In this document: positions 38,916 through 51,385 of the stretch, one piece after another
Numbering within the stretch: the stretch's first letter is position 1
Layout of the letters: every line of letters starts with the position of its first letter
NCBI GenBank assembly: GCA_964016885.1
Contig: OZ024740.1
Span: 411,928,001-411,992,000, forward strand
Length of the DNA: 64,000 bases
Direction of reading: 5' to 3'
Source of the DNA: Eledone cirrhosa
Taxonomy: Eukaryota
Made by a program: the position numbers and the translations under genes
The notes under the pieces: generated by a model
What the model was told of the DNA's origin: nothing
Seen by the model: only the letters and a program-made list of their open reading frames with translations
The model's database searches: none

Positions 38916-41489
38916 GTAATACGTGACGTATTCTATTCTATAGCGATTAGGTCTTCAAAATGTTTATTATAAACATACAGAATATTTTCGAATATTCTAT
39001 GTCTATATTCACATATATATCGCTATTTCAGAGCATTTATTCCAATTTCTAATTTCTGCCGGACCGGCAACCGCTCTTTCAAACCAGTTCCTGTACACAG
39101 CTAAGTATTCTATAAGTCTCTAGCTGTGTCATTCTCGATAAAAGCACTGGATATGTAGTCCTGAAGATTTCTAACAAGAATGAAACGCGTAGATTACTTC
39201 CCTTGCTTTTATCGAGAATCTAATTGTAATACGTGACGTATTCTATTCTATAGCGATTAGGTCTTCAAAATGTTTATTATAAACATACAGAATATTTTCG
39301 AATATTCTATGTCTATATTCACATATATATCGCTATTTCAGAGCATTTATTCCAATTTCTAATTTCTGCCGGACCGGCAACCGCTCTTTCAAACCAGTTC
39401 CTGTACACAGCTAAGTATTCTATAAGTCTCTAGCTGTGTCATTCTCGATAAAAGCACTGGATATGTAGTCCTGAAGATTTCTAACAAGAATGAAACGCGT
39501 AGATTACTTCCCTTGCTTTTATCGAGAATCTAATTGTAATACGTGACGTATTCTATTCTATAGCGATTAGGTCTTCAAAATGTTTATTATAAACATACAG
39601 AATATTTTCGAATATTCTATGTCTATATTCACATATATATCGCTATTTCAGAGCATTTATTCCAATTTCTAATTTCTGCCGGACCGGCAACCGCTCTTTC
39701 AAACCAGTTCCTGTACACAGCTAAGTATTCTATAAGTCTCTAGCTGTGTCATTCTCGATAAAAGCACTGGATATGTAGTCCTGAAGATTTCTAACAAGAA
39801 TGAAACGCGTAGATTACTTCCCTTGCTTTTATCGAGAATCTAATTGTAATACGTGACGTATTCTATTCTATAGCGATTAGGTCTTCAAAATGTTTATTAT
39901 AAACATACAGAATATTTTCGAATATTCTATGTCTATATTCACATATATATCGCTATTTCAGAGCATTTATTCCAATTTCTAATTTCTGCCGGACCGGCAA
40001 CCGCTCTTTCAAACCAGTTCCTGTACACAGCTAAGTATTCTATAAGTCTCTAGCTGTGTCATTCTCGATAAAAGCACTGGATATGTAGTCCTGAAGATTT
40101 CTAACAAGAATGAAACGCGTAGATTACTTCCCTTGCTTTTATCGAGAATCTAATTGTAATACGTGACGTATTCTATTCTATAGCGATTAGGTCTTCAAAA
40201 TGTTTATTATAAACATACAGAATATTTTCGAATATTCTATGTCTATATTCACATATATATCGCTATTTCAGAGCATTTATTCCAATTTCTAATTTCTGCC
40301 GGACCGGCAACCGCTCTTTCAAACCAGTTCCTGTACACAGCTAAGTATTCTATAAGTCTCTAGCTGTGTCATTCTCGATAAAAGCACTGGATATGTAGTC
40401 CTGAAGATTTCTAACAAGAATGAAACGCGTAGATTACTTCCCTTGCTTTTATCGAGAATCTAATTGTAATACGTGACGTATTCTATTCTATAGCGATTAG
40501 GTCTTCAAAATGTTTATTATAAACATACAGAATATTTTCGAATATTCTATGTCTATATTCACATATATATCGCTATTTCAGAGCATTTATTCCAATTTCT
40601 AATTTCTGCCGGACCGGCAACCGCTCTTTCAAACCAGTTCCTGTACACAGCTAAGTATTCTATAAGTCTCTAGCTGTGTCATTCTCGATAAAAGCACTGG
40701 ATATGTAGTCCTGAAGATTTCTAACAAGAATGAAACGCGTAGATTACTTCCCTTGCTTTTATCGAGAATCTAATTGTAATACGTGACGTATTCTATTCTA
40801 TAGCGATTAGGTCTTCAAAATGTTTATTATAAACATACAGAATATTTTCGAATATTCTATGTCTATATTCACATATATATCGCTATTTCAGAGCATTTAT
40901 TCCAATTTCTAATTTCTGCCGGACCGGCAACCGCTCTTTCAAACCAGTTCCTGTACACAGCTAAGTATTCTATAAGTCTCTAGCTGTGTCATTCTCGATA
41001 AAAGCACTGGATATGTAGTCCTGAAGATTTCTAACAAGAATGAAACGCGTAGATTACTTCCCTTGCTTTTATCGAGAATCTAATTGTAATACGTGACGTA
41101 TTCTATTCTATAGCGATTAGGTCTTCAAAATGTTTATTATAAACATACAGAATATTTTCGAATATTCTATGTCTATATTCACATATATATCGCTATTTCA
41201 GAGCATTTATTCCAATTTCTAATTTCTGCCGGACCGGCAACCGCTCTTTCAAACCAGTTCCTGTACACAGCTAAGTATTCTATAAGTCTCTAGCTGTGTC
41301 ATTCTCGATAAAAGCACTGGATATGTAGTCCTGAAGATTTCTAACAAGAATGAAACGCGTAGATTACTTCCCTTGCTTTTATCGAGAATCTAATTGTAAT
41401 ACGTGACGTATTCTATTCTATAGCGATTAGGTCTTCAAAATGTTTATTATAAACATACAGAATATTTTCGAATATTCTATGTCTATATT

Positions 41490-41500
<11 letters not shown>
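38916..41500 (+). mobile_element. Tandem array of 8 full plus 1 partial 310-bp hammerhead-containing units (non-LTR retrozyme / PLE pLTR multimer)
   Basis: Unit starts at 38916, 39226, 39536, 39846, 40156, 40466, 40776, 41086, 41396; no differences seen between units; no ORF of 60 aa or more within the full units; ends in (TA)n. Confidence 0.9.
39131..39219 (+). ncRNA. Type I hammerhead ribozyme, first of 8 copies at 310-bp spacing (predicted cut after 39191)
   Basis: gtagtc CTGAAGA t-ttct-aaca-agaa-t GAAAC GC GTA gattac; stem I extended by gga/tcc and a perfect 16-bp helix attctcgataaaagca/tgcttttatcgagaat. Confidence 0.85.
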
Positions 41501-41531
<31 letters not shown>

Positions 41532-41875
41532 TATATGGGTATGTGTGTACTTTGTGAATGTTTCTGTACATGTAATATATATGTTCGCCTGAAAACAATA
41601 TAATTATCATGAGAAACATAATCAGATATAGGCGGAAGATTTATGTTGCAATGCGTTATAATATCTTTCCCAGAGAGATGTGTTTCCACGTGGCATTGGC
41701 AGTCTTTCTCCGTCGCCCATTGTAACACCTCCAGCTGATACATGTGTGTTTCTAGTCCATTCAATGAACCAGAAAAATGCGACCTTACCCTAATTGAGTA
41801 AATCATTTAAGAATTACATCACTGGTACCAGACACTGGAACCTAAAGCATATATTTTTATATATATATATGTGTG

Positions 41876-41948
<73 letters not shown>

Positions 41949-42766
41949 TGTTTATATAACATAAGTAGAAATAGGAATGACATTTGAAAACACATCATCG
42001 ATTACGTAATTACATGTATCTAACATTTAATAATGTCTAATATTCCCCTTAAAAAACAAATGTTAATGTTGTATGTTATTGAGTTAATGGTTATCGATAC
42101 GTAACTGATATTTACTTCATAGAATCTAAATTGATAACCAAAATAAACACGGATGTTACTTAAAATTAGGGGTATCTTGTATTACTTAGATTCATCTAGG
42201 TTTAAGAATCGAATTAAAAAGGTCTTTATATGGATTTAGAATTTACCATCACAAATTTATGTGGAGATCATAGGATATATGAGAAATTGAAGGCATCCTT
42301 ATTTCCTCAAATTATTATATTTCGACCGACGATTTAATTCAACTGTAGTTCTTCATTTGCCGGATGCTGATATCTGGGTCTATTTCTCTTACTAGCTATA
42401 CACATGCATTATTTTCCTATTAAATAAGCAGACGTTCCATAATTAAAGATACAGAACATTATATCGATAATACATGTCCAGAGAAGATAACATTATTTGC
42501 TGAAATTAAGTGTATAATTATTAACGGAATTCATGATTATCGAACATACACGCTTTGCTTGTATGTTCGTAGAAGCGAAGTTCCTGTGATATTTCACGCT
42601 ACAAAAGCCCCTCCGAGAATACTGAAATATTACATAGTATAGTGGTGCTTAGACATGTAATTTAGATCACTTAAACTTATATTATTATAAATATACATAA
42701 TAGAATGATTTGTGTATTGGCTTCGTATTCAATGGTTTGGGTGCGACGGATATTGGAATACATACG

Positions 42767-42807
<41 letters not shown>

Positions 42808-42943
42808 ATGTGTGTGTGTGTGTTTAATGGTAGCTATGATGCTTCCATAGGCGGTATGCCAGTTGAGCACTCTATGTTCTTACAGAGCAGAGTGTGATAT
42901 AATATAAAACGAAAAATCAGTGATGCATCTTGACTCAGTTTAT

Positions 42944-43036
42944 TGTGTGTTACAATTGTTTCACCGGCAGATAGCTCGAGACACGATCATTGTATGGATC
43001 TGTCTGATTCTAGATCTGCAGGTTCGTCGGTCACAA
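42944..43036 (-). ncRNA. Hammerhead-like ribozyme, CCGA core variant
   Basis: tgtga CCGACGA acctgcagat...atctgccggt GAAAC AATT GTA acaca. Confidence 0.5.
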
Positions 43037-43865
43037 TCAATACTTTTGGAACAAATTTTCTCTCTGGGGTGTTAGCTTCAAAAAACATCTTCCTCTCTTG
43101 TCTTGCTATTGGCTGTTGTTTTTCTACGTCATCATAAATTCTGGTCAATATTTGCTGCCAAACTGGCCATCGGCTACTCTACGTCCGACACACTTCAATG
43201 GACTTGGTTTGGTATTTCACAAGTCCGCTCACACACACATATATACCCACACATACACACACACATATATACACATACACATACATACACACGCGCACAC
43301 GTACATATATACGCATACACATATGTACACACACATATGTACCAATATACACCCGCATACATATACATACACACTCTCTCTCACACACACACCCACACAC
43401 GCTCACGACCATATAAATACCAACATTCACGTCCACAGGCGCCTGCCTATATGGCCTCGTACATCCGCTCTCACACGCACACACACGCACACACGTACAC
43501 GCATACAAGGACACATACCTGCGTATGCGTACATTTGCTCATATACACAAACACGTACAGACATATAGATAGCGTACAGACATATACATAGACACACAAA
43601 CACGTACAGACATATACATAGACAAACACACGCACATATATATATGTATATATATGTGTATGTGAGCGGACTTATGAAATACCAAACCCAGCATGAGTCC
43701 ATTGAAGTGTGTCGGACGTAAAGTAGCTGATTACAAGTTTGGCAGCAAATATTGATCAGAATTTATGATGACGTAGAAAAACAACAGTCAATAGCAAGAC
43801 AAGGGGGGAAGATGTTTTTTGAAGCTAACACCTCAGTGAGAAAATTTTGTTCCGAAAGTATTGAA

Positions 43866-43955
43866 TGTGACCGAAGAACCTGCAGATCTAGAATCAGACA
43901 GATCCATACAATGATCGTGTCTCGAGCTATCTGCCGGCGAAACAATTGTAACACA
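43866..43955 (+). ncRNA. Hammerhead-like ribozyme, CCGA core variant
   Basis: tgtga CCGAAGA acctgcagat...atctgccggc GAAAC AATT GTA acaca. Confidence 0.5.
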
Positions 43956-43985
43956 AAAAACTGAGTCCAGATTCACAGATTTTTC

Positions 43986-44026
<41 letters not shown>

Positions 44027-44084
44027 ATATATATACATATACATATATATGTGACGTTAAGTATATATATATATATATATATAA

Positions 44085-44180
<96 letters not shown>

Positions 44181-44362
44181 AATTTATATCTAGTAACATT
44201 TCGTAACATTTAGTAACATTTTTTAGTAAGTAAGTTAATTTTATAATTTCCTTATTTTTATATCTAATATACGCATGTCACTTAATAGAATGGTTCAATG
44301 CGTTTAATTGCTGTGAAAAGCGAAACGGTGAAATAAGTAATTCGATACGCTGAGAGACATAC

Positions 44363-44433
<71 letters not shown>

Positions 44434-44711
44434 AAGAGAGATAGAGAGAGATATAGTGAGAGAGAGAGAGAAAGAAAGAAATATATAAAGCGAAAGATTA
44501 GAACTGAGATACAGAGTGCAAAGGTGTGTCTCTTGTGTTGTAGGCATATATGTATATATCTCTCTTTGTCTCTCCCCACCTCTCTCTCACTATATATATA
44601 TTTAAAAGTTAAACAAGGTTCAATGAATACATCAAAGAATGAGTTTTACAATAGATTGGAAGCACTCAACAAAAAAAAGGTTTTCCAGAGTTATTAATGT
44701 TAATTCAAATA

Positions 44712-45218
44712 TATAAACACCCAAACAAACAACACTGACCTAAGAGAAGTATACATAAATAAATAAATACATACACAAGCACAATAACAACAAACACATA
44801 TAAACACACACTAGTAAACTAAGATAGAATACAATAACCAACACACAGTCACCCAAACACGAACACACATCAAACAAAACACTATACACACACGCTAACG
44901 CATGCGCAGAGAAGACAAAAAAATAAACAAATAAATAAATAAATAAACAGACTAAATAAAGATGCCGTAAGCATACAATGCAACGGGAGGAAACATAAGA
45001 GCACAACTGACGATGTTGCAGGTGTGCAACGAAAGAACTTTGTTAGACTATATAAATGTGTTTGTGTTTATATTGTATCTGTATTTTTGACCGTTGGTCT
45101 GTCAATGGTAACCGATATAAAAGACGCAGAAGCGAAAACCAACCAAACAGTGATGTGTTCTGTTATTAATTCTGGCAATATTATTACACAAATATGACCC
45201 TCCCCAAGTATAACAATA
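44712..45218 (+). mobile_element. Second copy of the PLE tail at 35100-35625
   Basis: Alignable along its length; CTGACGA t gttgca/tgcaac GAAA retained. Confidence 0.75.
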
Positions 45219-45254
45219 TATATATATATATATATATATAGATAGATAGATAGA

Positions 45255-45364
<110 letters not shown>

Positions 45365-46599
45365 ATCTAAATGTATTCTAATTGGTACATATTTCCATTT
45401 ATAGTTAATATCTTATGTTTCCACTGATGTATATTTATGAGAAATTAATAATGGTCTGTGGTTTTTATAATCTATTCAGTTGTGCAGTACACATGGACGG
45501 TGATATGAACAGGGGTAGTGATAAAATATAACTGGATAATATTTCATGAAAGTAATTGCACTAAAAGTAAAGTAAACCATAGGGAGCTTATTTGCCATTA
45601 AATGAGTTTAGTGAATGAGGGGTAATTTAAATTCAGAAATGCATAAAATATCATACATGTAAATTTAAACCCATTGAAATATCCAAATCTCCTTCGTAGC
45701 CAATGATGCATAGGTATTGTTATTTTGTATTTCAGTCCAGTGCGAATAAATTAGGGGTCCAAATTGGCATCTCCAAGGAAATAATTATATCAAATTATTA
45801 ACGTATGTCTAAACCCAAATATTGACTGCACCCAGATGCTTAAATATTTTTTCTCACCAACTTATAAAAGCTCATTTAGATTAGTTTACATTTCACCAAA
45901 CACGTTCCAATATGTGATCTTTTATTCTCATCATCTCCGTACTCTCCCTCCCCAACATGTACAAACACTTACAATGATCTTAAAGTATGGAATTAAAACA
46001 CATTGTTTGCACATAATACATTCCCTTTAATTGTGCTATAATTTGGGCTGATTGACATTTTCGACAAAAATAACATGTAGAAATAGATGCAGCAAAGCTG
46101 AAAACATGTAATTACATTGTGATATTCATTTAATCATTAGTATTATACATTGATTTTTTCAAACGGTTTCATCAATGGACAGTATATTATTTGATTACCA
46201 GAGAGACGAGGCACGATTTGCATGATGTAGATTTCGTTTTCTTGTTAGTGTCATATTGATTTCGTATTTTCTTAGCTAGATTTTCATCAATTTAACGAAT
46301 TACGGTCGTGACTGGCTAAATCGTTATTATATGCAATTTGAAAGAGATTTAGCTATCTATTCTAGCACTTCTTGGTCCTCTTAAGATAATCGCATATTTG
46401 CAAATTCGCATAATTTGAACAAGGTTTTGAAATTAGTTAATTCATGTTGACAGGATCTACATTTTAGTAAGGAATGTCTGAATAACATCTGATGAAATTA
46501 ATTTATTTTCTCCATGGTTAAATTATCATGTATTGGGAAATGGTCATTACAGAAAACGAAACACTTCTTTATAAAATAATAAGAAATTTCATTCACAAA

Positions 46600-47820
46600 G
46601 CTAGCTTAAAATCCATAGAAGATCACATAAATATAAAGAAGAAAGATGAAAGCAAATGTAAGGGGTGAAAGATGAAGAGATAAAAATGGGCAGATTTGGC
46701 TGTATGGGACTCTGAATGACATAAATGAAAGGTAAAATGGGAAAATACGAGAAGTCTAGGGCCACAGAAGAAAAGGAGCGGTAGGGAAGAGGGTGATAGG
46801 TGCTGGGCCAACGGTGAGGTGATGCTTGGGCTGCACCCGTGGATGAAGCTGCAAAGGTATTTCCACGGACTGTAGCTAGTGACACCCGCTGCAACAGACG
46901 AGCTGCTGGTGTTCTGAGCTTGCAAAGGAACTTTGCAGTATGCGGTTCGTTGAGGTCTGAGGTCTTGACGGAGACCTGTGCCAAGAGGCAGCGGCCGGAA
47001 AATCCAAGTTATTTGTTTTTCTTTCTGTCCACTGCACTGCGTTCTGCAGTACCGGGCTTTCTGAGCGAAGCGACTAAGTAGGAGGCGGAGAACCTGTCAT
47101 ATGTAGGTTCCACATGAGGGATATACATCTCTCGAATGGGAAGAGGGTAATTCCTTCGGGGCGCTAGCAGACTCCAATGGGGAGGCCCATTGACTCCAAT
47201 AGTGATGTGAAGTCAAATCCATCCATGTCATAGTGAGAGGTATCTCGGGGGAACCGGCCTGCGCTTTGGCGGGATAACAGATGGTGCAGCCCAAACTTGT
47301 CAACGACAGCTCCAGAATAGTATTTATGTGGCTCACACACGTGGAGGACGCGGCATAGGCGTTGGGCTACACCGATGTAAGTGCACTCATCATCAAGAAG
47401 GGTACCGGTTGATGAGGAGCGCACTTAATTAATCCATCTATCGCTGTTTGTCTGTGAAGAGGATCGGACGCAGGCGAGGTGGTGTTGGTCCGAGCCAAAC
47501 TCAATTCACCTCAAGGAAGACCTGCATTGGATGCCATCTCAGTTACGTTGGACATTTTTATACAAGGGAACAGACAGGCCTTCACCTGTCCAATCGGCCG
47601 GAGCCTGCTCAATCTCTGGGGTCATATCAGTTTCAGCTGTCTTCCTGAGCAACTCGCTGAAGGGAATTGACGAAAAGTAGACCGAGAGTAGCAGATTCAA
47701 GACGGATCGGAGACCGAGGCAACTGAACCTCACTAGGAGCTTCGTTAGTTGCCAACCAGCACTGTCGAATCTGCTCCACCTTCACAAGGAGGTGGGGTGA
47801 CGAAGGATGCTTCCGTTGCT
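46600..47820 (-). mobile_element. CRE-like RLE non-LTR retrotransposon 3' remnant
   Basis: SSTGTLLDD..IGVAQRL..VCEPH..VDKFGLHHL..SAGRFPR; LLQRVSLATVRGN C-terminal motif; pyrimidine-rich 3' UTR. Confidence 0.75.
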
Positions 47821-47947
47821 TACGCCTTTCTATACATGATAACAGAATATATTAACAAGTGTAATGTTTCGGAAATCATCGAAATCTCGATGTACTGTTA
47901 GCGCATCATGTGTCAATGTTTGTGAACAAATTTATTCCACATATATC

Positions 47948-48127
47948 ATAATTGTTTCTACTTTTGGCGCAAGGCCAGCAATTACACAGTACATTACTGG
48001 TACTTTATTTTATCGACCCCATAAGGATGAAAGGCAAAGTTAACCTCGACGGGATTTGAACTCAGATCGTAAAGAGACGTAACTATGCTAGAAAGCATGG
48101 CGTCCAACACTCTACCGATACTGCCAC
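47948..48127 (-). mobile_element. tRNA-derived SINE (family A)
   Basis: Family match. Confidence 0.85.
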
Positions 48128-48429
48128 GTCATTTGAATATATAACTGGTAATATATAATGCCGATTAACAATTTATTAAAATGTTGCTGAGAAGAAAACA
48201 TATATAATAAAAATAAAATTATAATAGATGCATTCTTTCAGCTGGTGCCATTAACATAATCCAACATTAAGGATTTGATGAATATATTATAACATTTTGA
48301 ATAAAGCTTCAATGTTGGGACTGGATTTCGACATATTTCCAATTGTTTAACAACACACACATACACACACAGCCATACACGCCACCCCCCATATATATAT
48401 ATATACACATACACACACGTATATATATT

Positions 48430-48510
48430 AATATAAACATACGGTATATTGCCAAATATACTATACATACATTCATGTATACATCGCTATTTCAGAGCAC
48501 CAATCCTAAT
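48430..48510 (+). repeat. Short diverged relative of the 310-bp array unit
   Basis: ATAAACATAC..hairpin..ATCGCTATTTCAGAGCA matches the unit segment ~38969-39036. Confidence 0.75.
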
Positions 48511-48583
48511 ACACACACAAACATACAAACACACACACACACACACGCACGCACGCACGCACACACACACACACACACGCACG

Positions 48584-48701
<118 letters not shown>

Positions 48702-49429
48702 TACACATTTTACATATATATTTCCGTATGAGAGGTGAATACTTTTGAAACCTACTTAATACTGAACCAAATGTGAACTCTGCAAAATCTCGTCGGTCGA
48801 CACTTAAACTAAAACTAATGACTAAATCTTCCTTTCAATATGTCTGTGAATTGGGTTCGAATCCTATATGTAATTGAGACATGGACGTTCATGGCCATCT
48901 TCGGTAGAGTTTGCACGAATCGCAAGCTACTTGGCCTCTTCAGTAATTGTAATAACGTAATGACTTTTACTATTTTACACTTTTACGTAGTCCAGCCGAG
49001 TGGTTGCGACCCTGTTAGGCAATTTAATTTTTTATCCTGTTCAGTCACACATATACTGACTGGTACGCTTTTGTTATTCATTTGTTTACAATTATCCTCA
49101 ACTCGGATAGATACGTGTACTTTCTAAATGCACAAACATACGTTGAGTATTATATTTGAGCAATCGATGTATCATACACGTATGCAACAAAAAGATATAG
49201 CCATGTCCATGTAATTCTAACTTGTGAAAGTTTCCGGTAGGTGTATTATACTATAGAACTGTTAAAACTGGGATCAAAGTTTCACTGGTGGAGGGATAAT
49301 AGAAGGTATAAACTAGGAATCATTGCTTTGAGTTCAGTAATGACTTGAGTTGTGGGGGAAGATAGATATAGGTTTGCCAAGGAAATTTTATTTTAGGAAC
49401 ATATTTTGAGAAGGTGTGTATGTGTGTAA

Positions 49430-49495
<66 letters not shown>

Positions 49496-49613
49496 TTGCT
49501 TATGTATCGTAATGTGGGATTAAACTGTTTCCTTCTCCCATATATAAACACAACGCCGCACCCACACTCCCACACACAAACACATACACACACAAACACA
49601 CACAAACACACAG

Positions 49614-49645
<32 letters not shown>

Positions 49646-49651
49646 AAACAC

Positions 49652-49783
<132 letters not shown>

Positions 49784-50266
49784 TTAGGCAGAGAAAGAGG
49801 TAGAAAGAAAGACAAGAGAGAGAAAATGGCAAGCAGATGAAGTATACATAAACTCTCAATACAAAAGTGTTTAAAAAACTTGCCTCAAATACAAACACCT
49901 AAAATTCAAATATAACAATAACAACCGGCCAAACTAACACGTGCAACATCAACATAAACAACAGCGTGAACTAATGAGATTATACTTTATGGCTCAACAT
50001 TTGATATATTTATTTTAGGAGCCACTAGTAAAGGATTTGAAAATGTAGAAAGGAATACACAGACTTTTTAAATCCAATAAATGCTATTATGGAACATAAA
50101 GGCGTCTCACAGTGATTATATTAGACATAATCTCTAAACTGGTCATAATACAAAGGTGTCTAACTCTGTCGACATTGTGTATAAGCACATCACAAAGCTA
50201 AACATCTGCTTAATAAATATTTATAACCCTCCAAATCAAATAGAAAAAATAGCAAATCTCGAAGAT

Positions 50267-50600
50267 CTTCTTCTTCTTCTTCTTCTTCTTCTTCTTCTTC
50301 TTCTTCTTCTTCTTCTTCTTCTTCTTCTTCTTCTTCTTCTTCTTCTTCTTCTTCTTCTTCTTCTTCTTCTTCTTCGTTCACTTATTCCTGAGATGGTTGT
50401 GGGACAGCGTCCTCAAACACTCCTTCCAGTAGGTCCTGTCAGAAGCAACGTCTCCCACTAATGCGGCAGGATCCCCAAACGAGACCAGACATGCTCGTGT
50501 TCTACCACTGGGTCTCCTGCCGTTTGGTTTTGTCCGTCAAATCTGTCCAGTGATTCTTTCCTGAAACATTCTAACCATATGCCAATAGTATCGGTGCTGT
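50267..50600 (-). mobile_element. RTE LINE 3' end with (GAA)n tail
   Basis: WHMVRM..GRRPSGRTR..WSRLGI..VASDRTYW on minus, followed by about 36 GAA units. Confidence 0.7.
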
Positions 50601-50769
50601 AATATTTCAATTCGGAGTGACTCTCTGATCTCCGAGATACTCACTCTAACGAAGAAGATTTCCTAAACTAAAAGATTGTAATTCATGAAGTTAAATTCTA
50701 AGGTTAATGCGTTTCAATGCACATCACACAATCTCTATCTAGGGCGAGTTAAATTCCCGAGATTCATGG

Positions 50770-50982
50770 ACGAGTTCACCCCAACGATCTTTGTCCCTCA
50801 TTATCGCTTCCATGTCCTACGTCTCCAGCAGACCAGTGTCTGTCCTTAGGGCATCAACATATATTAACTTCGGTCTTCATCTTCTAGTGTGTCGATGCAG
50901 GGGCTCCCACAGGAGCACTGAGTGCAGTGGACTTCTGGATGTCGGTGAGCATCTCCAGGTAACCTCAGTCTCCTCTGAATGT
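50770..50982 (-). mobile_element. Second RTE-like LINE 3' fragment
   Basis: RRLRL..HRH..LLWEP..YVDALRTDTGL..MRDKDRW across frameshifts. Confidence 0.6.
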
Positions 50983-51132
50983 TGATAGGAGAACTATCAT
51001 CTCACAACAAATTTTACAATATTCAATCAGCTGAAGAAATAAAAAGATGTCTACGAATATTTATCAACAAAATACAAGTTACAATCCCTGAGGAAGTAGC
51101 TTTTACTTATGTCAACCCCCCCCCCCCCAATA

Positions 51133-51385
51133 ATAATAATTGTTTCTACTTTTGGCACAAGGCAAATCATGACGCCAGACCTTCTACCGATACTGCCAAT
51201 CCACCACCGTAGTTTCTACTTTTGGCACAAGGCCAGTAATTATCTCAGTGTATTACTGGTACTTTATTTTATCGACCGAGCAAGGATGAAAGGCAAAGTT
51301 AACCTCGGCGAGATTTGAACTTAAACCGTAAAGGGTCGTAATTCTTTGCATGGCGTCCCTCTACCGATACTGCCAATCCAACGCC
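51133..51385 (-). mobile_element. Family A SINE copies (one internally deleted, one near full)
   Basis: Family match. Confidence 0.8.

Larger units (their letters stand above)
42835..43990. mobile_element. Inverted pair of PLE-type 3' ends (~42905-43235 minus, ~43660-43990 plus) around a CA-rich spacer
   Basis: Arms are diverged reverse complements; left flank homologous to ~2990-3090; each arm carries a hammerhead-like fold. Confidence 0.75.

Noticed and set aside
38916-41500. CRISPR array or plain satellite
   Set aside because: Units are identical along their whole length with no variable spacers or cas genes. The hammerhead and the inverted cap argue against a featureless satellite.
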